NCBI GenBank assembly: GCA_951406725.2
Contig: OX597817.1
Location: 69,812,001-69,876,000, forward strand
Reading direction: 5' to 3'
From: Octopus vulgaris
Taxonomy: Eukaryota
DNA: 64,000 nt
The translations under genes and the position numbers were made by a program. The notes under the pieces were generated by a model. It made no database searches. It was not told the DNA's origin and saw only the letters and a list, made by a program, of their open reading frames with translations. Positions 13,854-27,674 of this stretch are shown in pieces. The first letter of the stretch is position 1. Each line of letters begins with the position of its first letter.

Positions 13854-13923
<70 letters not shown>

Positions 13924-14138
13924 ATTGTGTATGTAAGTATGTATATGTATATATATTCTTTCTATCCACTTGACGAAAAATATAGAAATTACAAAAAAAT
14001 AGATAAATAAAAGAGAGAAAAAACAAGGAAAATAATTTAGCACGATGAAAACATTTTCAGTCAAGCTTACAAAGTTGGCATTTGATCAAAAATTATATCA
14101 TAGATGCAATAATCGAAATTGCTCTTCCATTATCAACT

Positions 14139-14380
<242 letters not shown>

Positions 14381-14725
14381 ATTATTTGTTCCCGTCGTTG
14401 CTCTTCCGGTTTTTTTTTTTAATATTGTAGTTACCGTTGTTGTTGTTACCATCATTATTATTGTTATTATAGTTATTGATATTTAGTTAACGTATGACTG
14501 AATGAGTGTATATATCATCGATATCATTATTTTCGCCTTTATTAATTCATTATCCATTATTCATTATCCACACATGTAATAAGAATATATATAAATATAT
14601 ATATATGTGCATACACACACACACATACACATATATGCATACATACACGCACATACATATATATATACATGTACATACATGACACAAATATACATACACA
14701 CATAATAAATACATATATACATATA

Positions 14726-14767
<42 letters not shown>

Positions 14768-14838
14768 TATTTATATATGTATATATATATATGTGTGCGT
14801 GCGTGTGTGTGTGAGAGAGGGGGGGAGAGTGTGTGTGC

Positions 14839-14886
<48 letters not shown>

Positions 14887-15204
14887 ATAACTGAGCAACC
14901 GTGGTTATCTTCTTTATACTACTGAAATAATTAAAGATAACATATTTCTTACAACATGAATCTTACTATAATTAGTGAATTAGATCTTTATTTTATAAAC
15001 CAATAAAAGAAATATAAATGAGTATATATTTGCGTGTGTGTGTGAATGAGTGTCTCCGCATTTGTGTGCGTATATGTGTGTGTGTACGTGATGCTTTGTT
15101 GACATTCCTCTTTCTACTTAATGTATATTTATATCCATGTGTAGCTTAATATCTATGTACATGAACATAAAATCTAGTGCTGTATGCATATATGTGTGTG
15201 TGTG

Positions 15205-15330
15205 TGTGTGCCTGAGTGTGTGTGTGTGCCTGAGTGTGTGTGTGCCTGAGTGTGTGTGTGTGCCTGAGTGTGTGTGTGCCTGAGTGTGTGTGTGTGCCTG
15301 AGTGTGTGTGTGCCTGAGTGTGTGTGTGTT
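15205..15330. repeat. Minisatellite of (GCCTGA(GT)n) units, 16-18 bp
   Basis: Seven CCTGAG units separated by (GT)n. Confidence 0.9.
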
Positions 15331-15386
15331 TATATGCATACATACATACATATATATATTTATATTTTCTTCTCGTAACATATTTC

Positions 15387-15445
<59 letters not shown>

Positions 15446-15583
15446 TACATATATATATATATGTAAGTATATGTATATATATGTAAACATATATATATAT
15501 CATATATATATATATATATATATATCATATATATACATATATATCATATATATACATATATATATATATATATACATATATAT

Positions 15584-15623
<40 letters not shown>

Positions 15624-15707
15624 CATGTATAATAGAGTATATGTATATATATATATACACACACACTCTCTCTCTCTCTCTCACACACAAACACACACAC
15701 ACACACA

Positions 15708-15769
<62 letters not shown>

Positions 15770-15783
15770 CACACACACACACA

Positions 15784-15827
<44 letters not shown>

Positions 15828-16308
15828 TATGCACATATCCCAGCAGAGCAAACATTTCATGAAGCAGACCAGCTCTAACAGTTATTGTATTGTCTCTATT
15901 CCAATATCATCATATGTATTTATTTAACCATAAAATTTATCGTTCCTTTTATAGTTTCTGTGATTAACATCGCTGTGAATAAACGACGTCGCCTCAAATT
16001 AATTATTGTTCTCATTCCAGGACGTTTATCAACGTTAACATCTCCCTTCCTGTCTTTTAAATAAACTCCACATATAAGAAAGAAGCCCATATGCGCTCAA
16101 TCAAATGCTAAAAACTACAGTTAATTCACCGTTAAATCACTCAAAGCCTTTGCTAAAATTGATATATATATATTAGACACGTACATGCATACACATACAC
16201 ACACACACGCTCACACTCACATACACACACACAAACTCAGAAGCATATACGTGTGTGTACGTCTGTGTGCGCATGTGTTTGTCAGCGTGTGTGTGTGTGC
16301 ATTTATGC

Positions 16309-16406
<98 letters not shown>

Positions 16407-16434
16407 TTATATAATATATAATATATAATATATA

Positions 16435-17159
<725 letters not shown>

Positions 17160-17445
17160 TATATAAATATATATATATACACACACACACACATGCATTT
17201 GGTGTGAATCCCTAACGAGTTAACATGGGATCTCCTAATGACAACTTAAACTTCATATAAACATGGTATCCTTGGCTGGAAGAGCAACATGCGGTCTCTC
17301 TCTCGTTTGGATAATTTACTACTTCCGAGGTTCCTCTAGCTATGAAACATATATAACCTGGATTTTATCTACTCCAATCCCTAATTTCTATATATATATA
17401 GCACATCTACTGACAGGGGAGACATATATATATATATATATATAG

Positions 17446-17850
17446 GCGCAGGAGTGGCTGTGTGGTAAGTAGCTTGTTTACCAACCACATGGTTCCGGGT
17501 TCAGTCCCTCTGCGTGGCATCTTGGGCAAGTGTCTTCTGCTATAGCCCCGGGCCGACCAATGCTTTGTGAGTGGATTTCGTAGACGGAAACTGAAAGAAG
17601 CCTGTCGTATATATGTATATATATATCTATGTGTGTGTGTGTGTTTGTGTGTCTGTGTTTGTCCCCCTAGCATTGCTTGACGACCGATGCTGGTGTGTTT
17701 ACGTCCCCGTAACATAGCGGTTCGGCAAAAGAGACCGATAGAATAAGTACTGGGCTTACAAAGAATAAGTTCCGGGATCGATTTGCTCGGCTAAAGACGG
17801 TGCTCCAGCATGGCCGCAGTCAAATGACTGAAACAAGTAAAAGAGAAAAG
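17446..17850 (+). mobile_element. tRNA-derived SINE, family B, full length
   Basis: GGCGCAGGAGTGGCTGTGTGGTAAG (A box), GGTTCAGTCCC (B box), internal microsatellite, LINE-like tail. Confidence 0.85.
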
Positions 17851-17871
17851 ATAAAGAGATATATAAGCATA

Positions 17872-18225
17872 CGAGCAAAACATGCCCCGTCCAATGGACG
17901 ATGCTGAGTTGTCAAACATTTAAGCCAAATTTTCTCAAAACAACTTGTCTGATCGTCCCCTTTGAGAAACACTGATTTAACCTAAATTTGAGAGACCAGC
18001 AAAAGAAGAAATAAAGATAGACGTTTTTTCTATTCCAAAGACAAAACGATTTTATTCACCTTACTGATCGTATTCTCACCTGGAATCGATTTTTGTAATT
18101 TTTTCAAGACTTATACACGCCCTGATACCGTCGGTATCTACATATCAAATTTGAGCGCAATCGGATGGAGGATGCCCGGGATCCTAGAAGACACACACAC
18201 AGACAGACAGAACGGAATATATATA
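17872..18225 (-). mobile_element. Non-autonomous Helitron-like element (short copy)
   Basis: Subterminal hairpin CGTCCATTGGACG about 15 nt before the CTCG|T end; shares both ends with 50503-51334. Confidence 0.65.
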
Positions 18226-18312
18226 TATATATAATTATATGTATGTATGTGTGTATGAGTGAGTGTATATGTGTGTGTGTGTGTGAGGATAGCACTGTAG
18301 TTCACACACGCA

Positions 18313-18417
<105 letters not shown>

Positions 18418-18620
18418 CTACGCGGATATTCGAAATTCTTAAATTTCTTCCACAAGATTGTTGGGCTTACCTGTTACACATGGAGATTTACTGGGATTTC
18501 TATTCTACTTACCTATGCTGTTATCTGATTGTCAGGAATTTAACTTCATCCATTTATACTGAGTGCATACTCGATATCTGCCAGGAATTTTTAATCCCTT
18601 TTTTTCCTTTTATATGCGTT

Positions 18621-18664
<44 letters not shown>

Positions 18665-18789
18665 TGTGTGTGCGTGTGTACACACAGTCACTATATCAAA
18701 GATCAGACTCACTCCTCTGTTGTGTTATACACCTTTATGTTATTCACTTCTGCGTCTAGTTTAAGGTTTTAAAAGCCTACAGATCTTCC

Positions 18790-18960
18790 ATTTCCTATAG
18801 ATCGAGTTAAGATCTCTTGATGGTGTGGATGTAGTTGTCTTCAAAACTCAACTGGACCTTCTACTGTCAAGGAATCCATATGAACCTACTTTGTGACAAG
18901 AAACGCAACAAAGATCGACATCTTCGATATCCCTCATCGACTAAATCTCTATTAAACATG
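18790..18960 (+). mobile_element. CR1-like LINE ORF2 C-terminal remnant
   Basis: LDGVDVVVFKTQLDLLLSRNPYEPT; related to 29725-30200 and 47026-47220. Confidence 0.55.
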
Positions 18961-18989
18961 TAGGAACAGGAAAAAGGTAACAAGACTTG

Positions 18990-19250
18990 TGGAGGCGCGT
19001 GTTTTAGTAGTTAGGGTGTAGCATTCATGATCGTAACATTGCGGTTTCGATTCCGGGACTGGGGGGACGCGTTGTGTTCTTGAGCCAAACATTACAATTC
19101 ACGTTGTTCCTGTTCAGTCAGCTGGCAAAAATGAGTAATCCCGCGACAGACCGGCACCCCGTCCAGGTAGAGAATATATATGCCATGAAACCAGGAAACC
19201 GGCTCTTATGAGTCGGCACGGCTCGAAAAGGTAATCTTACCTTTACTTTT
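18990..19250 (+). mobile_element. SINE family C-related
   Basis: GGAGGCGCGTG..AGTAGTTAGGGTG ... GGTTTCGATTCC head. Confidence 0.7.
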
Positions 19251-19655
19251 TCTAGCAAGACTAATGACAGTACCCCAGTATAGTCATAGCTTACGGGCTG
19301 AAACAAATAACGGTAGAAAGATACTTTCATATATATATAGATCTATACATGCCAGATCAGCTTTTGTGCTACTGGTAATGTAACCTATTACAACCTGGCA
19401 CGTGGTCGGGTCGTCGGCGACTAAATCTGCAACACTACCAAGCCTGCTTGGTAAGGAGGATGGTTTTCTGTGGATAACCTTCAAGACGGAAAACAAAACT
19501 TGTCAAAGGGCGTATAAATTCACAGCGTCAACGATTATCAAATAACTTTCTTTAGTCATCTCTCTAAGAGAAGGAAAATTCTGATCTAACACCCACGATT
19601 ATTGCATCCAATAATATAGACTACTTCTTTTGGGAGCAAATGCATACGTTAGTTA

Positions 19656-19882
19656 TACAGGAGGGGGAGTGGTGCAGAAAAGTTCCTGGCTTTGGGTAAA
19701 AGAAAATGCAAGAAGATCCGTTAATTATGATTTTATTCAATATATTCACCTTTCAGATTCACACAATTATTGCAACAGTCCTTCAGTTTTTCTAAGTCCT
19801 GTAAAAGAACTCGGAAGCTTGGACCTCCAACGAGGCCTTTCGCGAGACCCTTAAAGCCAGAAATTCTCAGCAGCTCTTCGTA
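19656..19882. mobile_element. Mariner-type MITE (~225 bp)
   Basis: Inverted ends (GAAAAGTTCCTGGCTTT / AAAGCCAG..CAGC..CGTA); homologues at 41067-41288 and 46905-47297. Confidence 0.65.
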
Positions 19883-20832
19883 GAGTGTGATTTCTACTGT
19901 GTAAGACCTTTAGTCACATAGAAAACTTTCAAGTAAAAGCACAACTTGATTTTTAATACCTCTATAAACATCTCCAATATTCTGTACAAGCTATGGCGAT
20001 TCGTAGCCGAAAAAAACCCCAAAAACGCTGAACACTGAAAGAAAAATCCTATGATGACATGAAGGCAGCAACGATTATGCTATAGCGTGGATTGCAAACT
20101 TTCTGAACACCTGCAGCAATAAGCGCCCATTGTGACCACATCTGTACAAGAGAGCGTAGGTATCAGACAGATCCCAAAATTTACGTCCGTCCTGCTGGTA
20201 TTTAAGACAATAGAGCGACGTGATGGCTGACAATCGAATTGCAGCCATCACATGTATGTATGTATGTATGTACATAAAAGTGTGTGACACTTTTGGCAAA
20301 AGTTTTCTACTAGAACTCCGAGCCGACCAAAACTTCTTGAATAGATTTGGCTCACAGAAACGCGATGTGTGTGTGTGTGCGTGCGCACGGCTTGCGTACT
20401 GTCCACCCTACCGCTTGACAATCGGTGTAGTTCAGTAACAGTTATGATAGAGCAAGTACCAGATGTTAAAATAAAGCAAAATAAATAAGGGAATCAATTT
20501 TTCCCTTCTAAAACCCTTCCAGGCAATGCTTTAGCATGAACGCAGCCAAATGACTGCCACAAATTAAAAGAAAAGCAACAAAAATGTATTTCAGGATTGT
20601 CATTTTATTTGTATTTTTATTGTTGTTGTTTTTTTTGGCAAATAAATACAGGTACTGTGTACTCGTTCTTCATTTCAGCTTTATTATTGTTCTCATTTTA
20701 GTGTCATTGTCCTACGTGCCACCGATTGTCTTTACTAATGATCAGTCAATGGCTGATCATTAGTAAGGGGTACTTAGTTGTGCTCATGACTTAGTGTTTT
20801 GCTTCTTCCATGGGTATGAGTATCTCATTTAT

Positions 20833-20885
20833 TATCACTGACGAAAGGAGGGTTCTTACGAACTAACCCCGAAATCGGTCCGATA
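20833..20885 (+). ncRNA. Partly decayed minimal type I hammerhead motif
   Basis: TATCA-CTGACGA-[..GGTTC TTAC GAACT..]-GAAA-TCG-GTC^CGATA; the core is intact, but the first pair of stem I and the base of stem II are mismatched. Confidence 0.5.
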
Positions 20886-21419
20886 TGTTAATAATGGATT
20901 TTTTAAAAAATTTCTGTCGGTTATTTTTCGAGTAGTGTGGGTATTGTGAAAAATTATATGGTAATGGACAATATGTCCAATTTTCGGTATATTTGGCATT
21001 AGAAATTTTTTCGTTTGCCCTTATTTATAAGTTGTTTATAATTTTAACATTTAAAGGTATTTTTTAATATGCTGGCCATTGATAAATTATAAATTTTTTT
21101 TAAAATTATTAAATTATTGTTAAAGAATTATTAAAAACTTACTTTTAAATTATTAAAATGATTATTTAATTATTAAATTATTAAATTATTATTTTAAAAT
21201 TGTTAAAAGATTATTTTAAAATAATCAAAATGTTTTTAATTAGTAAATTATTAAATTTCTCTTTTTAAAACTTTTAAGAATTATTTTAAAATTATTAAAA
21301 AATAATATAGATAATGATAATAAAGTAATAAAACAAAATTAAACAAATAAAAATAAATTAAAAAGGGGATGAGAAGATTGAGAAAAATGTTTTTTCAAAA
21401 GTGTGTGTGGAGAATGTCA

Positions 21420-22485
21420 CTGAAAGGAGGAGGTTGTGTTCAGTCCGAAAGGAGTTTGGGTACGTAGAGTGAAAATGTAACGCTGTTCCAGGTGGAGTCT
21501 ATAGTTTGTAGATCCGTGGTGTAGGGTAAGGCCGAAGACTGTGATATCAAGTGAAAATGACGGGCGAGGGTGGTGTTCTTACATAGACGAACGTCTCGTG
21601 GGTGTTCGATGAACCGGTCGGCTAGTCTGCGGCCCATCTGACCGACGTAAAGTTTATTGCAAAGATTGCCCCTGATGTAGTAAAAGAAGCTTGAAGAAGA
21701 TCAGGAGAAGGACTTCCTAATATAGAAGGTGTGCTAGTTGGATCCATTGAGGGAGGTGGTGTGGGTGATGAAAGAACAGATCTGGCAACAGGGCCTGAAG
21801 CAAGGGAAGGATCCGCGTTCGGTTGGAATGGAGCGTGGGGGTAGCTACGGACCAGTAGATCGCGTAGGTTATAGGCGCGTTTGAAGGCGGACAAGGATGG
21901 GGTAGGAAAATAGGATGGGTGGTGGGATCTAGCTGAAGGTGATGAAAGGTTCGTAGAATCTTCCGACGAAGAGGTAGAGTGGAGGGTGGAAAAATGAGGG
22001 GAGAGGGGATGCGGTTGGGGGATCGGTGTAGGGAAGGGGAGAGGGCGGTAGTGCGATCGATTTGAAGAGCGCAGGTAAGGGTAGTTTGGTCAAGAGTAAA
22101 AGGGTATCCCCGATGCATGAACAAGAGGGCCAGGTATTGGAATTGGATCTCAAAATCCTGGTCCCGGCTTCACAGGCGTCGGAGTCGGAGAAACTGGGAG
22201 TAGGGGATGGCCTGTTTGGTGTAGGAGGGGTGGAAGAAGGAAAAGTTGAGGTAGAGATGGGTGTTCGTGGGTTTACAAAAGGCGGAGGTCGTAAGAGAGT
22301 GGGTGAGGGGATCAATGGAAAGAGAGATATCGAGGAAGTATCAGCGGTGGGAGAAGTGAATTGGAGAGAAGTGTGGAAGTTAGAAACGAAAGAGATGAAA
22401 TGGGAGAGCTATTCGCAGGAGAGAGACGTAGCGCCTATACAGTCGTCTATATAGCGACCGTATAGCTCTGGGATCGGCCCTATCG
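21420..22485 (-). mobile_element. Penelope-like element remnant (RT plus GIY-YIG endonuclease)
   Basis: LYGRYIDD RT motif, KPTNTHLYL..HP..K.AIPYSQFLRLRR thumb, AFKRAYNLRDLLVRS linker, YYIRGNLCNKLYVGQMGRRLADRFIEH GIY-YIG; frameshifted. Confidence 0.85.
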
Positions 22486-22551
22486 TTTATATGTATGTAA
22501 AGATTTATATGTACCAAATAAACGACAGAAGAAAAAAAAAATAATAATAAT

Positions 22552-22862
22552 TTAGCGCCTTCAGACTATCATCTCTTCGGCCCCATGAAAGAGGATTTGA
22601 GAGGCAAACATTATTTCAGTGATGAGGAAGTGAAAACTAGTGAAGAAGTGGCTCAAAGAACAGTCAACAGAATTTTACGGGACAGGGATACATGCTCTCA
22701 TTCGAAGGTGGAACATTGCTATTGAGAGAAACGGTGACTATTTTGAGAAGTTGGGAGGTGATCCACAGAAGACCAGCTTCATTTTGATGTATGATACATG
22801 TTCCTGTGTTGGTAATTATACCTGTCATAAACGAAATGGCATTACTTTTTGACTCACCTTCG
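22552..22862 (+). mobile_element. Mariner transposase 3' fragment with right TIR
   Basis: LAPSDYHLFGPMKEDLRGKHYFSDEEVK..W..Q..EFY..GIHALIRRWNIAIERNGDYFEK; ends TTACTTTTTGACTCACCTTCG|TA. Confidence 0.85.
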
Positions 22863-23628
22863 TACTTAGGACATTGCTGATAACTAGGGTTTTTCATTAT
22901 TTGATATTATTTCATCATGTGACTTGGCCTTAAATATTAACCGCGAAATTGTAAGTGCCATTCTATTTGTACATATGTAAAAAAAATACAAACTGGGACA
23001 AGAACGCAAAACATTTAGAAGACGATACAAAAAACACGGACAGGACATTCGAAGCCTTCAATCTTCAGTCAAGAACCGGATCATCCTCGCAATTTCGCTG
23101 TCTGTCTATCGATTGATCGATCGATAGATAGATAGATAGATGTGTATGTATATGAATCACGTGTTAAGGTAATCTTTACAGACTTTGTATAGAAATTATA
23201 GCCAACACTGATTTTTGCTACGACGTTTCGTATCCGAGACGTCAGATGTAAACAAAGAATTAGATCGAAGACGAAAAAAATGGATTTTGGCTATTGGGCG
23301 TATACACCATATCGGCAGTTTTTTGCTCCTTCATCGGCACCCATCCAACCCATTAAACATCTACGAACACATTGCTTACATAGCCACTACGTATAGCGGT
23401 GTAACGTTATTGGATATACCAGTTTACGTATTAAACACATTCCCTATGTATATACGTATACATACACACATACACACACACACACACACAAACACAGATA
23501 TACAATATACATGTATGTACACACGTAAGTTTTTCAAATATATATTCAAGGACAACAGATGAACGCTCGGAAAAAGTACACGCGAGCAATGGGCATGCCC
23601 GTCCTTCATTAGTTATTGCTCAAAAGTC

Positions 23629-23685
<57 letters not shown>

Positions 23686-24022
23686 ACAATTTGCATACAC
23701 ACACACACACACATGCACACACACACATACGTACATACACACATGCATACGAAGTAGCCTCAAATCATGATTAGAAACCGGCTCTTTCTCTATTGACAAG
23801 TAATCTTGAAATAAAACCGAACAATGACGTACATACATATATGTCGACCACTCCAACGTGTTCAGTACATAGAGTTAAAAGAATTTGTTTACACTAAACA
23901 TTGAAAAGTAATTTTTATCATTGCTCTGAAATTATTTCTTCTACGAAATTAGAGAATTTACAAACACACTCACTTATATTCATATACATACGTACACATA
24001 CACTGACACACAGGTATGTGTG

Positions 24023-24084
<62 letters not shown>

Positions 24085-24265
24085 TTTGTGTGTGTGTGTG
24101 TGTCTACCTTTAACGTAAGGATACATTTGCACTTACTGCGAAGTGTAAACAAATACTATTTCCTCGTAAGAAGAGTACGTGGTAACTATTCCATTCCACT
24201 GAACTATGTATGTATGTATGTATGTATAATATATGCGTGTATGTGTGTGTGTATACATACATACA

Positions 24266-24337
<72 letters not shown>

Positions 24338-25499
24338 CATATATATATATACACATACACACACATATACGCACACACATATATACCCACACACATGCAC
24401 ACACACACACATACGCACATACATGCACGCATGCACACGCGCACACCTACACGCATACACACACACACACGCACGTACACATACATACATACACACACGC
24501 ATACATACACCCATACACATACATGCATCCTACACACACATACATACACACTCACACATACATACACACACACGCACTCACTCACACACCTGTATGTTCG
24601 CGCACACACATGCACATACACACACTTCCCCACACCCACACGTACATACATACACACTCATACACACATACACACACACACACACACACGGACATACATC
24701 TATGCACACACATATATACACACATACTCACATACATTCATCGGACACACTGCCACCCAGACATACACACAGACACACTCACACATCCACACGCACACAT
24801 ACGTACGCGCACACTCGCAGGCTCGCGCACACACGCGTTTGCGCCGGTTCGCGCACGCATGCGCCCGCATGCACCTCGCCCTTGGATCCGACGAGACCTC
24901 CCGCCCGTTCCTGGGATGTCGCGTGTCGTTGGGTTTTCCCACGCCCGTCTCCGCGGGACCACTCCTCCATCTTCCCCTCCGCTGGAGTCCTTTTCCTAAA
25001 CCCCCCCCCTTTTTTTTCGTTACACACACGCGCACACATATACACACATTGCTTAAACATATACCTCACTCTTACACACATTCAATCTACTCGCCACTAA
25101 TACTACCACGACACTGGACACACACACACACTACCACTCAACACACGCTGGCACGCTACATACGCCCCCACCCCTTCCCCTCCCTCCCTTCCTCCTTCCT
25201 CCCTTTTCTCACTACTGACCTTTGTCTGCTATGCTGCTGCTATGCTGACCACCGTCTCGCCCTACCTCACACGCCTACACACAGACGCACACACTAACAC
25301 ATACATATATTTTTTGTTTTTTTACCTCGCCTCACACACACACATACACACACGCACACGCACACACTCACACATACACACACATCTGTTGCGTTACCAA
25401 CCTTGTCTCCACTCTTTTGCCTTTAAAAACCCACTTTGCTCTTGTTATCGTAAACATCCGCCTTTCACCATGTGCTTCTGCTAACACCAGCCGTTTTTT

Positions 25500-25677
25500 T
25501 CTCTATCTCCGTTGCCCGCTCCGGGATCTTTCTTTCCTCTCTCTTCCTTCTTTATGTTTCCGACGAAGAGCTCCGCTCGAAACGTCATACCTTCCTGCTT
25601 CCATTTCCTGAGCGCCTATTAATAATAATACTGTAATTGTTCCCTTGTTGTTGTTTTTTTGTTTCCCGTTTGGATTA

Positions 25678-25680
<3 letters not shown>
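25500..25680 (+). mobile_element. Short HHR-like element (CCGACGA core family) ending in (TA)n
   Basis: GTTT-CCGACGA-A-GAGC TCC GCTC-GAAA-CG-TC-ATAC at 25556-25590; near-identical to 29298-29447 (-). Confidence 0.65.
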
Positions 25681-25710
<30 letters not shown>

Positions 25711-25713
<3 letters not shown>

Positions 25714-25850
25714 AAATAAGAAAATGGAGAAATATATCTAAATCATTCATCAACTATCAGATAATACCGAATCACATACTTTATTAAAACACTACACAAG
25801 AGCATTAAGATTAGACATTAATACAGTACAATAATTACAATCATTATAAT
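25711..25850 (-). mobile_element. 3' end of the same family as the 59490-61190 element
   Basis: ACAAAATAAGAAAATGGAGAAATATATCTAAATC.. is shared with 59491 onward. Confidence 0.7.
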
Positions 25851-26198
25851 GAGATATAACTAAATAAATATAAAAAGATATAAAAATATATAAAAATACA
25901 TATACATTATATATATATATATACATATATAATTAAAGGTGAAATTAATTAATTAACTAATGATTAATAATTCCACCAAGTAGTATTCGGCATGTTAAAA
26001 GGACCATTTTCGATAGACTTAAACAATATTTTTTATAATTAAGAGTATAATTATAAATAGGGTTCAGCAAAAAATTTGCTTCACCACATAGCAAACTTTG
26101 TAAGCCTAGTACTTATTCACCACAGAGCAAACTTTATGTGGTGAAGCAAATTTTTTGCTGAACCCTATTTATAATTATACTCAAAATTATTAAAAAAA

Positions 26199-26276
<78 letters not shown>

Positions 26277-26552
26277 AAGAATCAGCTGAATTAGGTGCCT
26301 AAATTGAGGCACCAAGTCAGTCCGGTATCATCCGCACAGCTCGAAATAAGGTGAATACAAAGCAAATAAGTAACAAAGATGTCCAGGTATTATACCTGGA
26401 CTTACACCTGGACTTACACCTGGACTTACACCTGGACTTACACCTGGACATCCTTTTTACTTATTAGAATTTTATATGTATGTATGTATGTATATATGTA
26501 TGTATGTATGTATGTATATATATATATATATATATATATTTTTATTTTTTTA

Positions 26553-26946
26553 TTACTTGTTTCAGTCATTTTGACTGCGGCCATGCTGGAGCACCACCTT
26601 TAGTCGAGCTACTCGACCCCGGGACTTATTCTTTGTAAGCCCAGTACTTATTCTATCGGTCTCTTTTGCCGAACCGCTAAGTAACGGGGACATAAACACA
26701 CCAGCATCGGTTGTCAAGCAGTGCTAGGGGGACAAACACAGACACACAAACATACACGCACATACATATATATACATATATACGACGGGCTTCTTTCAGT
26801 TTCCGTCTACCAAATCCACTCACAAGGCTTTGGTCGGCCCGAGGCTATAGTAGAAGACACTTGCCCAAGGTGCCACGCAGTGGAACTGAACCCGAAACCA
26901 TGTGGTTGGTAAACAAGCTACTTACCACACAGCCACTCCCCTCCCG
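26553..26946 (-). mobile_element. SINE family B
   Basis: Homology to 17446-17850. Confidence 0.85.
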
Positions 26947-26967
26947 CATACATAAAAACAAGCTGAT

Positions 26968-27173
26968 GTTGAGACAAAGACAGCGGAATGGACGTATCGA
27001 CACGCAATTTTGGAGGAGGCGATGTGTCTATTACATCAACGCCAGTGTTCAACTGCTACTTATTTTATCGATATCGATATAACGAAAGGCAAAGTCAACG
27101 TCGACGGAATTTGAGGTCAGAACAGAGCGGAGGGACGTAATACCGCTAAGCATTTCGTCCTACCTCGCCGCCT
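26968..27173 (-). mobile_element. SINE family A (diverged)
   Basis: Reverse complement of the AAGGCGGCGAG.. head and central domain. Confidence 0.7.
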
Positions 27174-27199
27174 TGATAATAATAATAATGATGACGACG

Positions 27200-27245
<46 letters not shown>

Positions 27246-27463
27246 TAATAATAATAATAATAATAATGAGGATTATTACGAAATGGCAAAGCATTACTAT
27301 TAATTCCTTTTTTATATACACAACTTTTACACAGACCTACACATACTGGATTTATATATTAATCGTGGAAAATCTTATTTTGAATACCTAACTGTGAGCA
27401 AACTAGTAAACATTCGGAGAAATCCCTAACTAATTAGTAATACATAAATAAATGAATATATAT

Positions 27464-27527
<64 letters not shown>

Positions 27528-27572
27528 ATACATATATATATACATATATATATTATATACATACATATATAT

Positions 27573-27623
<51 letters not shown>

Positions 27624-27674
27624 AAATTTCTGAGCGTGGTATAAACAGTGGTTGCACGATATATTCATTTATTC

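Larger units (their letters stand above)
12807..13860. mobile_element. Non-coding HHR-bearing element: 560-bp tandem units on minus plus a head-to-head inverted copy, flanked by (TA)n
   Basis: 12807-12957 recurs at ~13367-13517; 13518-13860 is the reverse complement of the unit. Confidence 0.8.

Noticed and set aside
23040-23075. Minus-strand hammerhead (CTGAAGA..GAATGTC)
   Set aside because: GAAA is broken and there is no stem I; at best a decayed relic.
23217-23250. Minus-strand CTGACG..GAAACGTC motif
   Set aside because: The core is incomplete and stem II is weak; not supportable.
26393-26450. CRISPR-like array
   Set aside because: A 12-bp tandem with no spacers, in eukaryotic context.
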